DNA of 55,286 nucleotides, the filler included, from Sphacelaria rigidula (taxonomy: Eukaryota), in the NCBI GenBank assembly GCA_964200075.2. It is 5 parts of 5 records of this genome, joined end to end, with 100 filler letters (N's around TTAATTAATTAA, not from the genome) between each part and the next. Parts side by side here need not be neighbours in the genome. Positions count along the whole stretch, not along the records: positions 33,234 to 44,210 come from CAXNAA020005593.1; positions 44,311 to 55,286 come from CAXNAA020005594.1; 3 more parts are not named here. One strand, given 5' to 3'. The notes under the pieces were generated by a model. The model was given only the letters and a program-made list of their open reading frames with translations, made no database searches and was not told the origin of the DNA. The position numbers and the translations under genes were made by a program. Positions 35,536 to 48,692 of the stretch are shown here, piece after piece. Within the stretch, counting starts at the first letter, position 1; each line of letters opens with the position of its first letter.

Positions 35536-38102
35536 ATCGCCTGCAAAGGGTATCGTAGGATTTCGAAGAAATCTGAGGTTTGTGTTGGCGGATGACGAAT
35601 TATAGGATCAGGTCACGGAGTGGCAGATGACGACACAGCAGGATGGTAGAGATCACTGTGAGGGAACAAAATGCACATCCGCCCACCCTCGCTCAGATAT
35701 GTTCAGTCCCCAAGCCCAAAATGCACTCCGCGCTCGCCAATAGTGAGCAAGGCAACGAACAGGCACAGGTGCAAGACAGTCAAGTACAGTACAAGTGGTG
35801 CTTCTCGAACGTGTTCGATCAATTTGGGTACAACACAAGATGGCAGAAGCTGCGCGAACACCCAGACAAGGACAGCACCGCCGATAGAGAGTCGGGATCG
35901 GCGTCTCAACAGCTACTTCCCTCAACAGGCTGAGCTGCGCTGCCCGCGGGACACGAGATGTAGGTTTCCATGACGCGATGTCACCCACCCCGGTGCAGCA
36001 GGGGTAGCAGCAACCACCGCGGGAGGTGCGAGGGCAACGGGAGTTGAATCCGCCGACTACACCAAAGACCTAACAAATCCAATTTTGAAAATTAAAAAAA
36101 TAGAACAATTCAGGAACGGGGGTCGGTGAGGAATACAGTCAAGGAACAGTGAGGGTGGGAGCGAGGGGGGCGGGAGGAGGAACATGCGATACCAGCGCCG
36201 AGGCTTGCCGGTAGGTGCGGGCCCTGCTGCTCAGCGAGGGGGCCGATCGGAAAGCTTTTTGTATCAAGCACGATCGAAGAAGAGCTTGTTGTGTCGCATC
36301 TTCGTTCACTGACCCGCGCGACATATCGGTGGGCATGACCGGAACAACTCGACTTGGCCCGGGCGTCCTACACTACTTGGTGAGGATAGAAGTACCAACG
36401 CAGCACGCCTGTATACACAGAGTAGAGGTACACCCAATCGATAGCACATTACCCCAACTCCTCAGTACTATTTGCATGAGTAGTTGACTCAGTTGGGCAT
36501 ATCAAACCCGTTGTACCCACGTCGTGATCGCAAGTTAATCGCTCCAAGGAGGGGTGCATATCTGGAATTCAGAAAGATCGGTACGAAGCACCCGCGGTCC
36601 AACCTTGACAGTGCACCCAATACTCAGCGCCCAAAAATTAACACCCACACAGCAATGCCCACCGCTACCGACAGCCCCGAGGAGCTCTACGCAACACGGA
36701 AGTGATGCCCTCCCCCTCCCCCGCCCAAATATGACCTCAGGTTTGGCCGGCCGTTGCTAAGTATTGGGCAACGATTGGAACGCCTGGGGACCTGAATATA
36801 TTTTATTTTAAGAACATGTAAGAGGAGGATAAAAGCTGCTGCTCGTGTTGTTGTGCGTCTCGTCGCAGTACATTGTGCTATCTTTCAACTCTATTTTCTC
36901 GGCAACGAAGCAGAGGATTGGACTGTGGTTCGATGCATGCGCTTCCCACACACCAAAACTAAAACACTAGAAAAATAATGCAGGTTTCCGTGACGCGTGC
37001 GGTGGAGGCCGCAGCACTTGGCAAACCGCTGCACCAAACACAAGAGCAAACACGAGATGTAGTGAAAACGCGTTTCCTGCAACGTTTTGGGGCTTTTCGG
37101 ATCCGCCGTGGCGACTTGAGCAACTCCGTCGCCACACTGAAAATATCTAGGGTGTGTACGGGGGGGTCTGTTTAGTGCCACTGGCCGGTTTGCTTCCTGT
37201 TTCGAGGACTGCACGAGAAAAAAAAAAAAACAGCTGTCGCATACTGAACCCAGATAACTTGGGATGGAGCATGTGTTCTGCTCGGCAGAGGTTCGGCAGA
37301 GGTCTGAACAGTCCATGCTTTGTTCAATACGTCTTCAATATCCCCCCGCGTCCATTTAATAGACTGTGGTGAACGGATTTTTGATTTGTAAGGCCTTCAT
37401 GAACCCCCATGACTATGGTGTGTCCAGACCGAGCCCCCCCCCAAAACAAAAACAATCTCTCCGACAGAGTTGCCTGAGCTGCCGTCCTGATATTGTGTTT
37501 CGAAAAACAGTACTCGGCACGCAGTGCCGTCCTGTCGAAGTTGAAAAAAGAAAAGAAGAGGAAACAGTCATGCTGTAGGGAATGTTTTGAATTTTCGCAA
37601 CGAAAAAGACGCCTCGTGCCCAGGCTCATCATCCCTGCTCTGTAGCTGATACGATAAGGTGGTGCGTTAAAACCTTGCGAAGACGGCTTGATCTGCGACG
37701 GGGATAGTATGAACTGCTGTACAGTCGTAGGGTCACGGTCGATACACAAGTCCCGCGACACTATAAAAATCGTCACCATCAGGGTATATTGAACGGATGG
37801 ATCATCTCTGAAACCAGCTATGTGATTCGTGCCCACAGTTCTATCCTGCAGTGCCGTGATACTCTATTTAGGACGGGGATAGAAGTATATTGCTGGAGCA
37901 ACTCTACCTGGGTCGGTGACTCCTCATTTCTTTCACGGTGAGGCTAGAAGTACTGACGGAGCAAGTATAAAAGGGACAGTCGTACATAGTAAGGATAGTG
38001 GGCTTCGTCAATCGGTCAGGATAGACTCTCGCATGAGTTCCATAGTAATGTCAGGATGCATAGCGGTACAATTACAGGTCGATACAGCCCGTCCCTCCCC
38101 AC

Positions 38103-38347
38103 AACGGTGCTCCGTCTCGAAAGGGATGCGAGGCCAATGGTCAGACGACTAAGGCGAGCAAAACATGAGAACGCCCCCCCCCCCCCCCCCCCCCCCCGCC
38201 CCCCCGCGGCCCCCCCGCACAAACAAGGAAAACNNNNNNNNNNCCCCCCCCCCCCCCCAACGGGGCCCCCGCCCGAAAGGGAGGGGGGGCCAATGGTCGA
38301 ACCACAAAGGCGAGAAAAACAAGAAAACCCCCCCCCCCCCCCCCCCC
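38103..38347 (+). repeat. Short dispersed repeat, copies 3-4 (second copy low quality)
   Basis: AACGGTGCTCCGTCTCGAAAGGGATGCG...poly-C; an N-run lies between the copies. Confidence 0.7.
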
Positions 38348-38696
38348 ACATCGTGCCCGCAGGTTCACCGCCCCGAAACATGGATTCGACCTGGAAGGCA
38401 GATAGGCCAGTGGGTAGGGCACATTGCTTGAGACATTGATGAAAAACACCGCGTCGAGCCTCTAAAATCGGCAGCAACACATCAACTGGTAGGATCCAAT
38501 GAACTGCCCCGTACGACCCTGCCCAGCTCCGACAACATAGTGATAACCCAACCCCAACCGACGTAAAAAATAGGAGAATAGCAGCCGAAAAACGAAGAAA
38601 AAACAAAAGAGGCCGTGTGTACGATGTGCCATATACCGGGTAAAACAATCAACAACACTCCACCATCTCCCGATAAGCGTACTTGTTAGGACAAAC

Positions 38697-39545
38697 CCAA
38701 GTGTTGGTACAAGCCCGAGTACAGACCCAGAATTGGTCAATCGGAGCGCGTACCACTACCCGGAGAGAAAAAGAAACGAGGACAATTCCTTGTCACCTCC
38801 CGCCTAAAGTCGGGACAGATTCCGAGTATTGGTACAAGCCGAGTGCAGACCCAGAATTGGTCAACCGAAGCGCGTACCACTACCCGGAGAGAAGAAGAAA
38901 CGAGGACAATTCCTTGTCACCTCCCGTCTAAAGTCGGGACAGATTCCGAGTATTGGTACAAGCCGAGTGCAGACCCAGAATTGGTCATCCGAAGCGCGTA
39001 CCACTACCCGGAGAGAAGAAGAAACGAGGACAATTCCTTGTCACCTCCCGTCTAAAGTCGGGACAGATTCCGAGTATTGGTCAAGCCGAGTGCAGACCCA
39101 GAATGGGTCATCCGAAGCGCGTACCACTACCCGGAGAGAAGAAACGAGGACATTTCCTTGTCACCTCCCGTCTAAAGTCGAGACAGATTCCGAGTATTGG
39201 TCAAGCCGAGTGCAGACGCAGAATGGGTCAATCGAAGCGCGTATTAATACCTGGAGAGAAGAAGAAACGAGGACAATTCCTTGTCGCCCCGCGTCTATAG
39301 TCGGGACAGATTCCGAGTAACAGTACAAGCCGAGTGCAGACGCAGAATGGGTCAATAAAAGCGCGTACTAGTACCTGGAGAGAAGAAACGAGGACAATTC
39401 CTTGTCACCCCGCGTCAACAGTCGGGACAAACTCGAGTAATCGTGCACGCCGAGTGCAGACGCAGAATGGGTCAACCGAACCGCGTACTAGTACTCGAAA
39501 ACAAAAAAAATCTAGGTCATTTCCTTGTCAACCCCCTCCAAAAGT
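38697..39545. repeat. ~124-bp tandem array, 7 copies
   Basis: Unit starts near 38697, 38821, 38945, 39069, 39189, 39312 and 39432. Confidence 0.95.
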
Positions 39546-39639
39546 GCTGGACGGAACAAACCTGAGTAGGATAGAAGTAAACGGCGGGTCGACGTCTTCA
39601 ACTTCTCGCGCAGGATCACAATACGTACACGAAAACATT

Positions 39640-41819
39640 TTTGAAACCAGATTGCGAACACATGAAGAAATGGCAACGACATGCACAGAATTATCGAGAA
39701 TGTACAACAGAAACCATGGAGACGTAGCGGGAAGGCTCGGCGGCACTCTGGTGTCACCGCCGATGAACCTCCGTGAAGTCCAACACCATTTTGGAGAAGT
39801 AGAACGTTTCCCGGAAACAGACGAACTTCGAACATTGAAGAAATGGCAACGACATGCACAGAATTCATGAGACTGTACAACAGAAACCTTGGAGACGTAG
39901 CGGGAAGGCTCGGCGGCACTCTGGTGTCACCGCCGATGAACCTCCGTGAAGTCCAACACCATTTTGGAGAAGTAGAACGTTTCCCAGAAATAGAGAAACT
40001 TACGAACATACTCGAACACGGTGTACCGATAGACACGACAGATACTGCACCGGAGTCGAGACGAGCGCTCGAATCTGGTAACCACAGTAGTATCGACGGT
40101 CACACCCCACATGTCTAAAAACAACGGAAGACGCGAGGAGGAACTGATGTTTGGGTGGTAACCGATCAACGCCCCCAGAAATTAGGCACTTACGAGTAGG
40201 TCCACTGGGAGCAGTTGTCACCAACAAGGTCCGCATCATCATGAATTTCGTTCGACATCGCACCCAGTAAAAGTACCGATTGGGATACCCCTGCGAAGGC
40301 TTTGGGGTACACGATCAACACTCACGTCATGCGTATTTCTGTACCCACCCAAACGATTTAAAAAAGAAGAAGAAGAAAACGCGAGTTGATGAAACGCGAA
40401 TGGTCCCAGGACAGGTCGCACGCTTCCGTCGCTGACATACTGAGTGTGGCCAAGAACAAATCATGTAACCTCACTTAGGTTGTCCGAGCCGGTTAATTAT
40501 TTTGCTTGGCAGCTGTTACGAGTATCCGGTCTACATCGAGCCAGTTGTGGAAAACAGGACAAGAAGAATACAACTGAAGTGGTGGAAATTCCATGTTGAT
40601 ATCTCTTCGTGGAGATGAGCAATCGATCATCAATTACCTGACTATGGAGAAGCTCGGAGCGCCTCCCTGATTTCCCAGGTAGATAGGCCGGCCTCACGAC
40701 GCTATTTTACGGGCGCCAGCTTCAGTGCTGTTGGACGATACTGCCCAGAGTTGAAGATACTCTGGGGATACCTTTCCCCCCGCTCTCACGTCGGAACTAG
40801 TCCGAAAAGCAAAACGTCATACAACATTGTTTCATCACCATCAATCTCGTAGAATCGTGCGGAACGATGATGATGGCGTGCGTTAACCAGATGTTTCTTA
40901 GGGGAAAAGCCACGGAACCGGGAGCACCAGTATTGACACGGGGCGACAACGCCTCAGCAACATCGTGGATGAACCAACGTGGGGTTCAAGACAGACGTGT
41001 TGGTTCCCTCAACAGAATCGTGGGTCGCATGGAAATTACATCTGGATGATGTCCAATAGCAAAACACACTCGAGGTATTGTCAATTGTCTTGGCCTACAG
41101 AATTCCGAGATGGCCTGCGGAACAAGTTCAACTGACAGGAGAACAAGGCTTGAAATATTACGACCTCGGTCCCCGGGGGAAACCTATATCCGACGTGGAC
41201 CTCCAAAAATAAACCGCTGCCGAAAAAACGACTAGACGATGAGTTGTGGTCAGTCATCAATGAAGATATGAATTAACAAATGATACAATCGTCACTTGCG
41301 CCGCCCCGTTTGGCACCATACCTCCCTTCCCCCCATTTTCTGTCCCCCTCAATTCTCACCAGGAGAACGACACGGTCATTGACATGATGGCAAGAGCTAG
41401 TACGAACGTTAGCTCCCGCGTCCGCAGGAAGTAGTACCAAGAAGGGTTACACGGGGCAATTCGAGACATGAGCAAAAAATGGAGAGAAGCTTGGGGGGAG
41501 CAGGCCTTCTTACGAGGAGAAGATGGAGGGCTATCTGCAACGACCTACCCCCCTCACTACGGTCATGGCGAGTAGGGTTCTCTGCCACGGGAACCGGAGC
41601 TCGACAGTATGGTCATACTTATCTGCTATTTAACATTTTCATAAGATCTTGACGAGGTGGGAGTTACCCACTCGTCACTGTATGTTAACCGCGATATCCT
41701 CGGGAATCGACAGTTCGTTTCAGAGGCACGAACACGTAGCTAACCATAACGGTCTGAGAAAAGTTTTGAAGGAGCGCAGCTTATCGGGCCGCCTAACGGG
41801 GGAAGTGTTGACCAGCCCC
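39640..41819 (+). mobile_element. Degenerate tyrosine-recombinase (Ngaro/DIRS-like) retrotransposon: RT, RNase H and probable YR N-terminal remnants
   Basis: HFGEVERFPEIEKLTNILEHGVP...GNHSS and LRVGPLGAVVTNKVRII align with the RT at 49265..50821. VLTRGDNASATSWMN aligns with its RNase H ILMRGDNMSAVHWAN. Many stops and frameshifts; a ~174-bp internal duplication at 39664-39990. Confidence 0.8.
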
Positions 41820-43319
41820 NNNNNNNNNNTTAGCCCGATAGCTTGCGCACCCACTGCGACGAGGTCGCTGCTGGGTTGAGTCAGTGTGTATTTTCTTGTG
41901 TCTTGTTTTTGTTTTGGATTCGTTTTGGAGTATTGCGTTGTGGTTTCGACTTTCCCAAGTCTTGTTTGCGCCTTTAAAAAATACATAATTCTCGAGCCTT
42001 GAACAAATCGAACGTGATAATCTGCACAGTGAAACCACATAGTCGCCCACGGTGTAATTTGATGAAAAGTTTTTGTGGCCCCTGCCGCTAACCGGACGGG
42101 ACCAGGAGAGCATCGCCTCCCCCCACGCTCGCCAACCAAAGCCACGAAAACACGTCCAGCTCGGGCCGTGATGTAAACCCCAAGAATATCCCACCGCTCA
42201 ACAAATCGAACGCGTCCAAGTGGGGCAGCCGCGTGTCGTACATACGATGTGCTCTTCTTGCTGTTTTTTGTCTTGATAAAGCCGTGGATTTTGATGAAAC
42301 GAACAGATCGTCTTCCCCTCAAGTGCCCAAGTTAGTGCTGTCTATTGTTGGTTTTATCGGGCGGTACGATATCCCATTTATCAGGAGGGTGTCACTGACC
42401 GTGAAACACAATTTTTCGGCTCTAGTAGTGCGTGCAATGAGCGTAGAATTAAAAAAGAAACTGCACGTTTCTTCACTATATGATCGGGACAGGCTCGATC
42501 GACCAAAATACCAAAAGCAGAGAATCTGGACTGTAACCTATCAGGACCTCAGGAACCACGATGGCTGCGGCCAGCCCTAGATCACTCAATAGTGAACTCA
42601 ATAGTGATTGATTTTGATCGTTTTTTTCAGTGACTGTCGCACTTCTACCATTATTTGGGAACCCTCGCCCCCTCCCGTCCCTGGTCCAGACGCCTCATTG
42701 TGTCAAGCGCTGACAAAGAAAAAAAGATGAGAAAATGAAATACCGACAACAACCATTTTCACGGCGGAAGGCCACAGAAGAATCCACCGACATGCGTCAC
42801 GCACGCACCAAAAATGTCGCCCCGGTGCGTTCGGATTAGTTTATCGAATGAGGGGACGCACCGGGACAATAATGTTCAACTTTGTGCACACAGCAAAAAC
42901 CAGCAACGCAGCCTCAGAATTCCATACAACAAAAAGCAGCACTACGTGTATATTTTGTTATATGTTGGGTCCTTGGTTGCACTGCGGCACACATTTATAT
43001 ATAGGTAACGCACCCCACCGGAGTTTTGTTGTGCTGCAGTCCGGAGGTCGTACCCGCCCAACACTAAACAGTGGAGCCTAGAAAATGGGGTTCATACAAC
43101 GATTAAGGTTGAAGTGGCATTTCTCTTTTGCAGGGAAGACGCGAAATACTTGCGACCGAGCGAAGCCATCTTCCCCCCCAAATGTCCGCAGCACTTAAGC
43201 AGCTGTGGCTAGGTGCACCTACCTAACGAATGCGGTGTACACGCGTCTCGATGACGATATCACCAGAGAGATAAGCAACGACAGAGAGAAAGCTCCTCGC
43301 CCGTGTCCTTTGTGTGTCC

Positions 43320-43640
43320 CCGCTCGGTGATGACCAATCGCTTGAGAAACTGGCATCATCGATAACATTACACCAGCATGCGCCAAATTTTTCATGTGCC
43401 AGAACATCGACGTGCGGAGAGATTCCGTCGTCTCTTCTTGCCTGTCGAGCTCACAAATGCGAAGATAGATTTCTCTCTGCCTCTCCTTTTGGACAAGACG
43501 CGCCTCTGTGCGCTGAATAACATGTCATTAAAAAATAGGGCAATATTCTCATCACCGCTACTACTGTTCTCTGTCACACACATGCCGGCAAGGGCGGTGC
43601 TGCGGCAATAACAGATAGATTCAATTTGAACTTAGGGGGT
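43320..43640 (+). pseudogene. Ty1/Copia RNase H 3'-end remnant with PPT
   Basis: DDQSLEKLA and QNIDVR resemble the EDNQGAI.LA and KHIDVR motifs; AGGGGG followed by TGT at 43634-43642. Confidence 0.45.
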
Positions 43641-44210
43641 GTTATTCATCGTTGATTTTCGCCGACCTCCCCCAACCGGGTGCCCGAGCAGACGGGCGTG
43701 CCACACGCCAGTTGAGGGGGGTGTATGAAAGATCAAACACTTGTAGAAACCTTTTTGACATGCGGAGTGAAAAAAGATACCTATGGTGGTGACCTAACTG
43801 TTGCTAGCGTGGCGCATAGGCAATCTGCAGCACACGCTGGTCGCGTGGACAGCTCGGTACAGTACGAGTAGCTTCCCATATGTAATAATTATCCCGATGT
43901 CAGGAGGTCATGGATTATCACAAGTTGGGAGGAGAGACGAGAGTGCTGTACGATCAACCGTATGTTGTTGCATTCGAGACTCACGCCATCAACCGCCGAC
44001 AGCAAGGGTCTTGTGGCTTTCACGCGACGCTGTCGGCAGTACGGCAGGCAAACCGGATCATAGCTACCTTTTGTTGCTCTACCGCGCGTACTCCCGTCTG
44101 CTCAGAGCTAGTCACGGTAACAAACTGCACCGAAGTCGCAACATCTGTGAAAGCTAGAGAGTTTGATTTTTATGAACTGCATCCACACAATGCAAACGGC
44201 TCTCAAAACC

Positions 44211-44310
44211 NNNNNNNNNNNNNNNNNNNNNNNNNNNNNNNNNNNNNNNNNNNNTTAATTAATTAANNNNNNNNNNNNNNNNNNNNNNNNNNNNNNNNNN
44301 NNNNNNNNNN
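44211..44310. other. Artificial contig linker
   Basis: N44-TTAATTAATTAA-N44. Confidence 0.98.
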
Positions 44311-44939
44311 GCTTCCATACCTTTCCCCTCCCCCCCCCCCCCGTATATCTCCAGATGTTCTTCCTCGTCTACTTTGCGTCTGAGCGCTCCTTTTGCCTTG
44401 GGGGGGGGAGGGGGTGAACCAATCTAGTACATGTGCACGGCATCGTCAACATCAATCGGCAAACGTGCCTCATTGTAACTCAGTCACATCCGTCGAACAC
44501 CAACTTTCGCGAGAATATGACGAAACTGGTTCCAATTGGTATGGTCGCTCTAAATAAACGGAAAAGACAGAGCTCCACGAACGTGTTTGTCGAGTTCGGC
44601 GTTGCCAAACACGAGAAGAAGAATGACCAAATTTGTTTCGAAATCCAGAGATGGGTCAATTTTATCCCCGAATGACTATTTTCCCTTTGCTTACGGAAAG
44701 TAATGCATTGTGATGCGTAAAGGTTTGTGCCCAAAGAAAAGATCTGAAACGTCCCTGGTGTTCCATTTTCGTAGTCACTATCGATTTCTGGGGAACAATG
44801 AGTGATTAGGGGGCACCACTCAAAGTGCGTCATAGTAACTTAATCGTAATCCATAAACACAAGTTTTGGGAGAATACTATCGAAACATCCTTCACAGACT
44901 TGGGGGCTGACTCAATCTTATCAAGAGTCACGTATGGGA

Positions 44940-47260
44940 TCAACTCCAACCCAGACTCCCCTTAGTGTCTTGGGTCCTCCGTGCTTGCCCACAAATCCCC
45001 CGTGGCTGTCCACAACGCATTATGATCACCCTCATGCTCCCGCAGGTGTGAAACTTGTTGTTGAAGTCGTTGTTCCTGACGCTGCTGCGGCAAGGCACGT
45101 GTCTGTTGCCTTGTCCGGCCAAGTGTCGGCTCAACCGAGTCAGGTTGATTCGCGGCATCCCCACCGCCGCCGACACACGATGTCTCCGAAAATCATCATC
45201 AGAGGATGAAGACGAAGCAGAGGGCTGCTGGCCAGACTCTTCGCTGTTGTTGCCGCCTCGCTCCTCCTCAGGTCCCCCCATCTCATCAGGTTCCTCTGCC
45301 GAAGCACCACCCGGAACCCCCCCACCAGTGCCGAGATCCGACTCGTTCGAGTCCGAATGAGCGCTCTCGACATCGCTCTCCCCGCTCTCCACATCCTGTG
45401 AGTTTTCCCCTCCCGACATAGAAAACGGAACTGCTTGCTGCGATCTTGGGGGGGGTGAGGGCTGCCAAGCAACATCGCGAGTAGTGATTACACATCTGCC
45501 TTTCGTCTGCATTCTCATGGAATCATGGAAGTAGTTGTAGCCCAGGCCCTAAGTAAAAACACTCCTGTGCTTTCGGCATACACTTCGACGTCCTCTTATA
45601 CCTACAGTATCCTGGCTTGAGGGGACAAGCTTGACTTCAGGCACTTCACCGTAAACATCTCATCTGGGGGCTTCTTCCGAGGGTTAACAGTGATAGCAGA
45701 ACGGTTTAACCAATCTGCTGTCCAACGATACGACTCAGTCCACATCCTCGCCGTAACATCCACGCCATACAGTGCCTTTGCCTAAATCCTAGCTACCATA
45801 ACGGCTTTCTCAATCATCATGATTGCCCGTTCGGCAACACCATTGTACTCGGTACTGTCTGCTGGGGTGTACTCTTGCCTTGTGCCACGCTCACGACGCA
45901 GATTACTCAAAGGACCTATAAGCTCTCCACCAACGTCAGACCTTACGGTCTCTACAACTGAGGGAATGCACTGTGCTCCTACACCAGCCAGGTATTGTTT
46001 AAATGCCCTCGTGGTGTCAGACTTATGTTTCCCGAAATGCATCCAGATTTTCCGGGTGAAATCATCCCGGACGAGAAAAGGGTAGTACTCCATGCCACCT
46101 GCACTCTCGACCATCTTTGGGCCAGACGCATCCATGAACGCACGCCCAAAGGTTTAGCTGCACGCGTAGTGGTGGACGTGGGGATGAGTTTCCGCAACTC
46201 CTTCGCCAGTGAGTAGCCTTTGCATTCGTGCAACTTGCCCATCAGTGTCACTCCTAACTGTTTCGCCGTTTCTCGTAACAAGTCCTCGTGAAGGTGCCCG
46301 TGTGACTGGTGAAACAAATTCATGTCCACCTGATTACGGTCGACAGACATCTTGCCCGGGGCAAGAACAGCTCGCGCGGATTCATCGGGGTCAGACTGAT
46401 GGGTTTTCGACGAACAGTTGGATGGCAGGCTACGGTGGGTTGCGGTCACGGCATCGTTCCTGCCGTCCTTATAAAAAATCAGTTTCTTCCCACCGGGCAA
46501 CGTGATTTCAGTGCCCTCTCTCGTCAGAGTAATCGGCAAACCATGCTTAACCACTACACTCACTGTGCAGGGATGAAAGGTTTACGTCTAAATCAGGCAC
46601 ATGTGCCACGCGCTTGATACTGAATGTTAACTTGTCTTCGCCACTACCTGTCGACAACAAGTTTTTTCCAAAGTCCAAACCCGGCGCCTTTCGACTGTTG
46701 GCCACCATTACCGTACGATCCGAGCAAGGCTCATAGTCATACATGCAGTCACACAGTCTGCAATCCAGACCTCTTGCCCCCCGTCGTCAAGAATTGGACA
46801 GTCCCCTTGTGCCCCATCTGCTGCAGACGCGGATTCGTCAGTCGTGACTACTATGAAACCAAAGTCTACTGAGTCCTTAAAAGAGTCAGACGTGCACATT
46901 GCGACCATTTTGTGGAACTCTTTTGAATGTCCTTTTCCTCCGCACACCTCGTAAACACGTTCTGGGCACTCAGACTTAAAATGGTTAGTTTTGCCTCACT
47001 CGTAACAGGTGAGGGTTTTCTTATCTGCGACTTTCTTCTTACCCTAGGAACTACCGTCATCCCCTGCTCTTCCATCTGACTGTGCATTTCCATCACTTGA
47101 TCCAGCCGCGGATTTCTGCGACTTCCCGCCCTCTTTTTTCGTACTCCTGTAGCCGGAACCCTTATTGCCTGTATACAAGGCACGGTTGTGATCACTACCA
47201 CGCGAAGTACCGGTTTTCTTCAGATACAGAAATTTATCATGTATTGCTTTTCTTTCGAAT
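44940..47260 (-). mobile_element. Ty1/Copia retrotransposon fragment (gag zinc knuckle, protease, GAG-pre-integrase, integrase), decayed
   Basis: CYE*GKTNHFKSEC knuckle, VWIADC protease motif, HQSHGHLHEDLLRETAK...HECKG, integrase VRDDFTR / VRSDVGGEL / YNGVAER, in Copia domain order. RT absent. Confidence 0.9.
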
Positions 47261-47519
47261 TGCCTTTTCCATTAATATTTTCGGGCCCGAAGGCAAGAGG
47301 GAGAGAGAGAGACGACTGCTTGCAGGGCACGATCTCTAAATCCTTCTGCCATAGACTATCGTGTCTCTGCTCATGAAAACTGTCTCTCTCTCTCTCCCCC
47401 CCCCTTAGAACAACCAGGGGGACACATAAACGCTCCTAGTGTACGTGAAAATGTCAAACGACCAAGTCCTCAAATGGTACTCTACCATTCCTTCACCCTT
47501 ATCGAGGTCGTGGAGTTTT

Positions 47520-48692
47520 TCACTGCATCGGAATTCGCCGCTTCTTCTTGTAACTCCCCCACACAGTTCCTTCCCCTGGTTGTCTACTAACTCCCCTTTT
47601 CTTATCTCCAAGAATGCGCAATACTCGTCGCGAGTCTTCTATGTTGTTTACAGTGCACGCCTTGTATGCATCTGACTTCCACCTTCCTTCCCTCTGCGCT
47701 ACTCGATCTGATATTTCTCCCCCTGTTACCATAGTGGATGTCCCTCCGATCTTCAACGAGTGTAAAGCAAAGTCTTTCGGGTCGCGACCCGACTTTTCGA
47801 CTACCTCTCTCAACGCTCGAAGTGCCTCGTTGTCCTTCCATACTTTGACTCCCCGACCATAGCGGTAAGAAGATAGTGGAGCGTCTGCGGGCAATGTCGC
47901 GTAGCATGACAACAAGTCCAACATCAGAGCAACTGCACCGCCATCTGCTCTGTACCCCGCATGCGGACCACGAACTTCTTCTCGCGTACGGACCCTTACT
48001 TCGGCCCTCGGCTCCTGATCCCCTTTGTGGCCCCGGAAATGTATATCTATCCTGTCAGCCTGGCGCCACTGCAAATACTCCAGCTGGGTATCCCCTGAAA
48101 CAAACGCCACGTCCCTACGTGTAAGACAATGTACTGAATGTACCACCCCCGACGTACTCGCAAACATCTCGTCCGACCGTGTGAGCAGAAAATAGCTCAA
48201 GCTCAAGCAAAGCCAAAGCACCTTTCCCCCAACGCCCCACGATGGGATCAAACATTCTCCGTCCAACAACATCTGCGATGTGACCGGAAGGCGAGTTTGA
48301 CGGCACGTGCCTGTGTCAGCATGCGATCTCGCAATCCCTTTTGACGCACACTTCAACACCGGAGACGTGGTGACGACTTCTACTTGTACCTCCATCCTAT
48401 GAAAATACTACACCGCCGCAAACTTGCCCGATATCGTACTAGCTATGTTCCCTTGGGAATCGAAACACCACGCCGCAAAATCGACCAAATCCCAAGTCAT
48501 CTCTTCAACCGATGCGTCGGCGCCGAAAAACGTATCCCGGCCTATCAACCCGCGAAAGAGACACCAAGACCGGAAACCCGCCTCGTAATTTCGTTTAGAC
48601 GAAGCCGCAATTGACTTTCCGACGAGCTCGACGCCAAGACCGCGAAAGTAAGGTCCAGAGCTTCTTGCCCGAGCCGCGGCTCTTGCCAACAA
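47520..48692 (-). pseudogene. Tyrosine recombinase of the retroelement, frameshifted near 48400
   Basis: SIAASSKRNYEAGFRSW N-terminal domain; LLTRSDE, FRGHKGDQ, HSLKIGG, GRWKSDAYKAC. Confidence 0.92.

Noticed and set aside
38697..39545. CRISPR array, or twister ribozyme (GGTACAAGCC...GCAGA)
   Set aside because: There are no unique spacers or cas genes. The twister loop length and P1/P2 pairings could not be built by eye.
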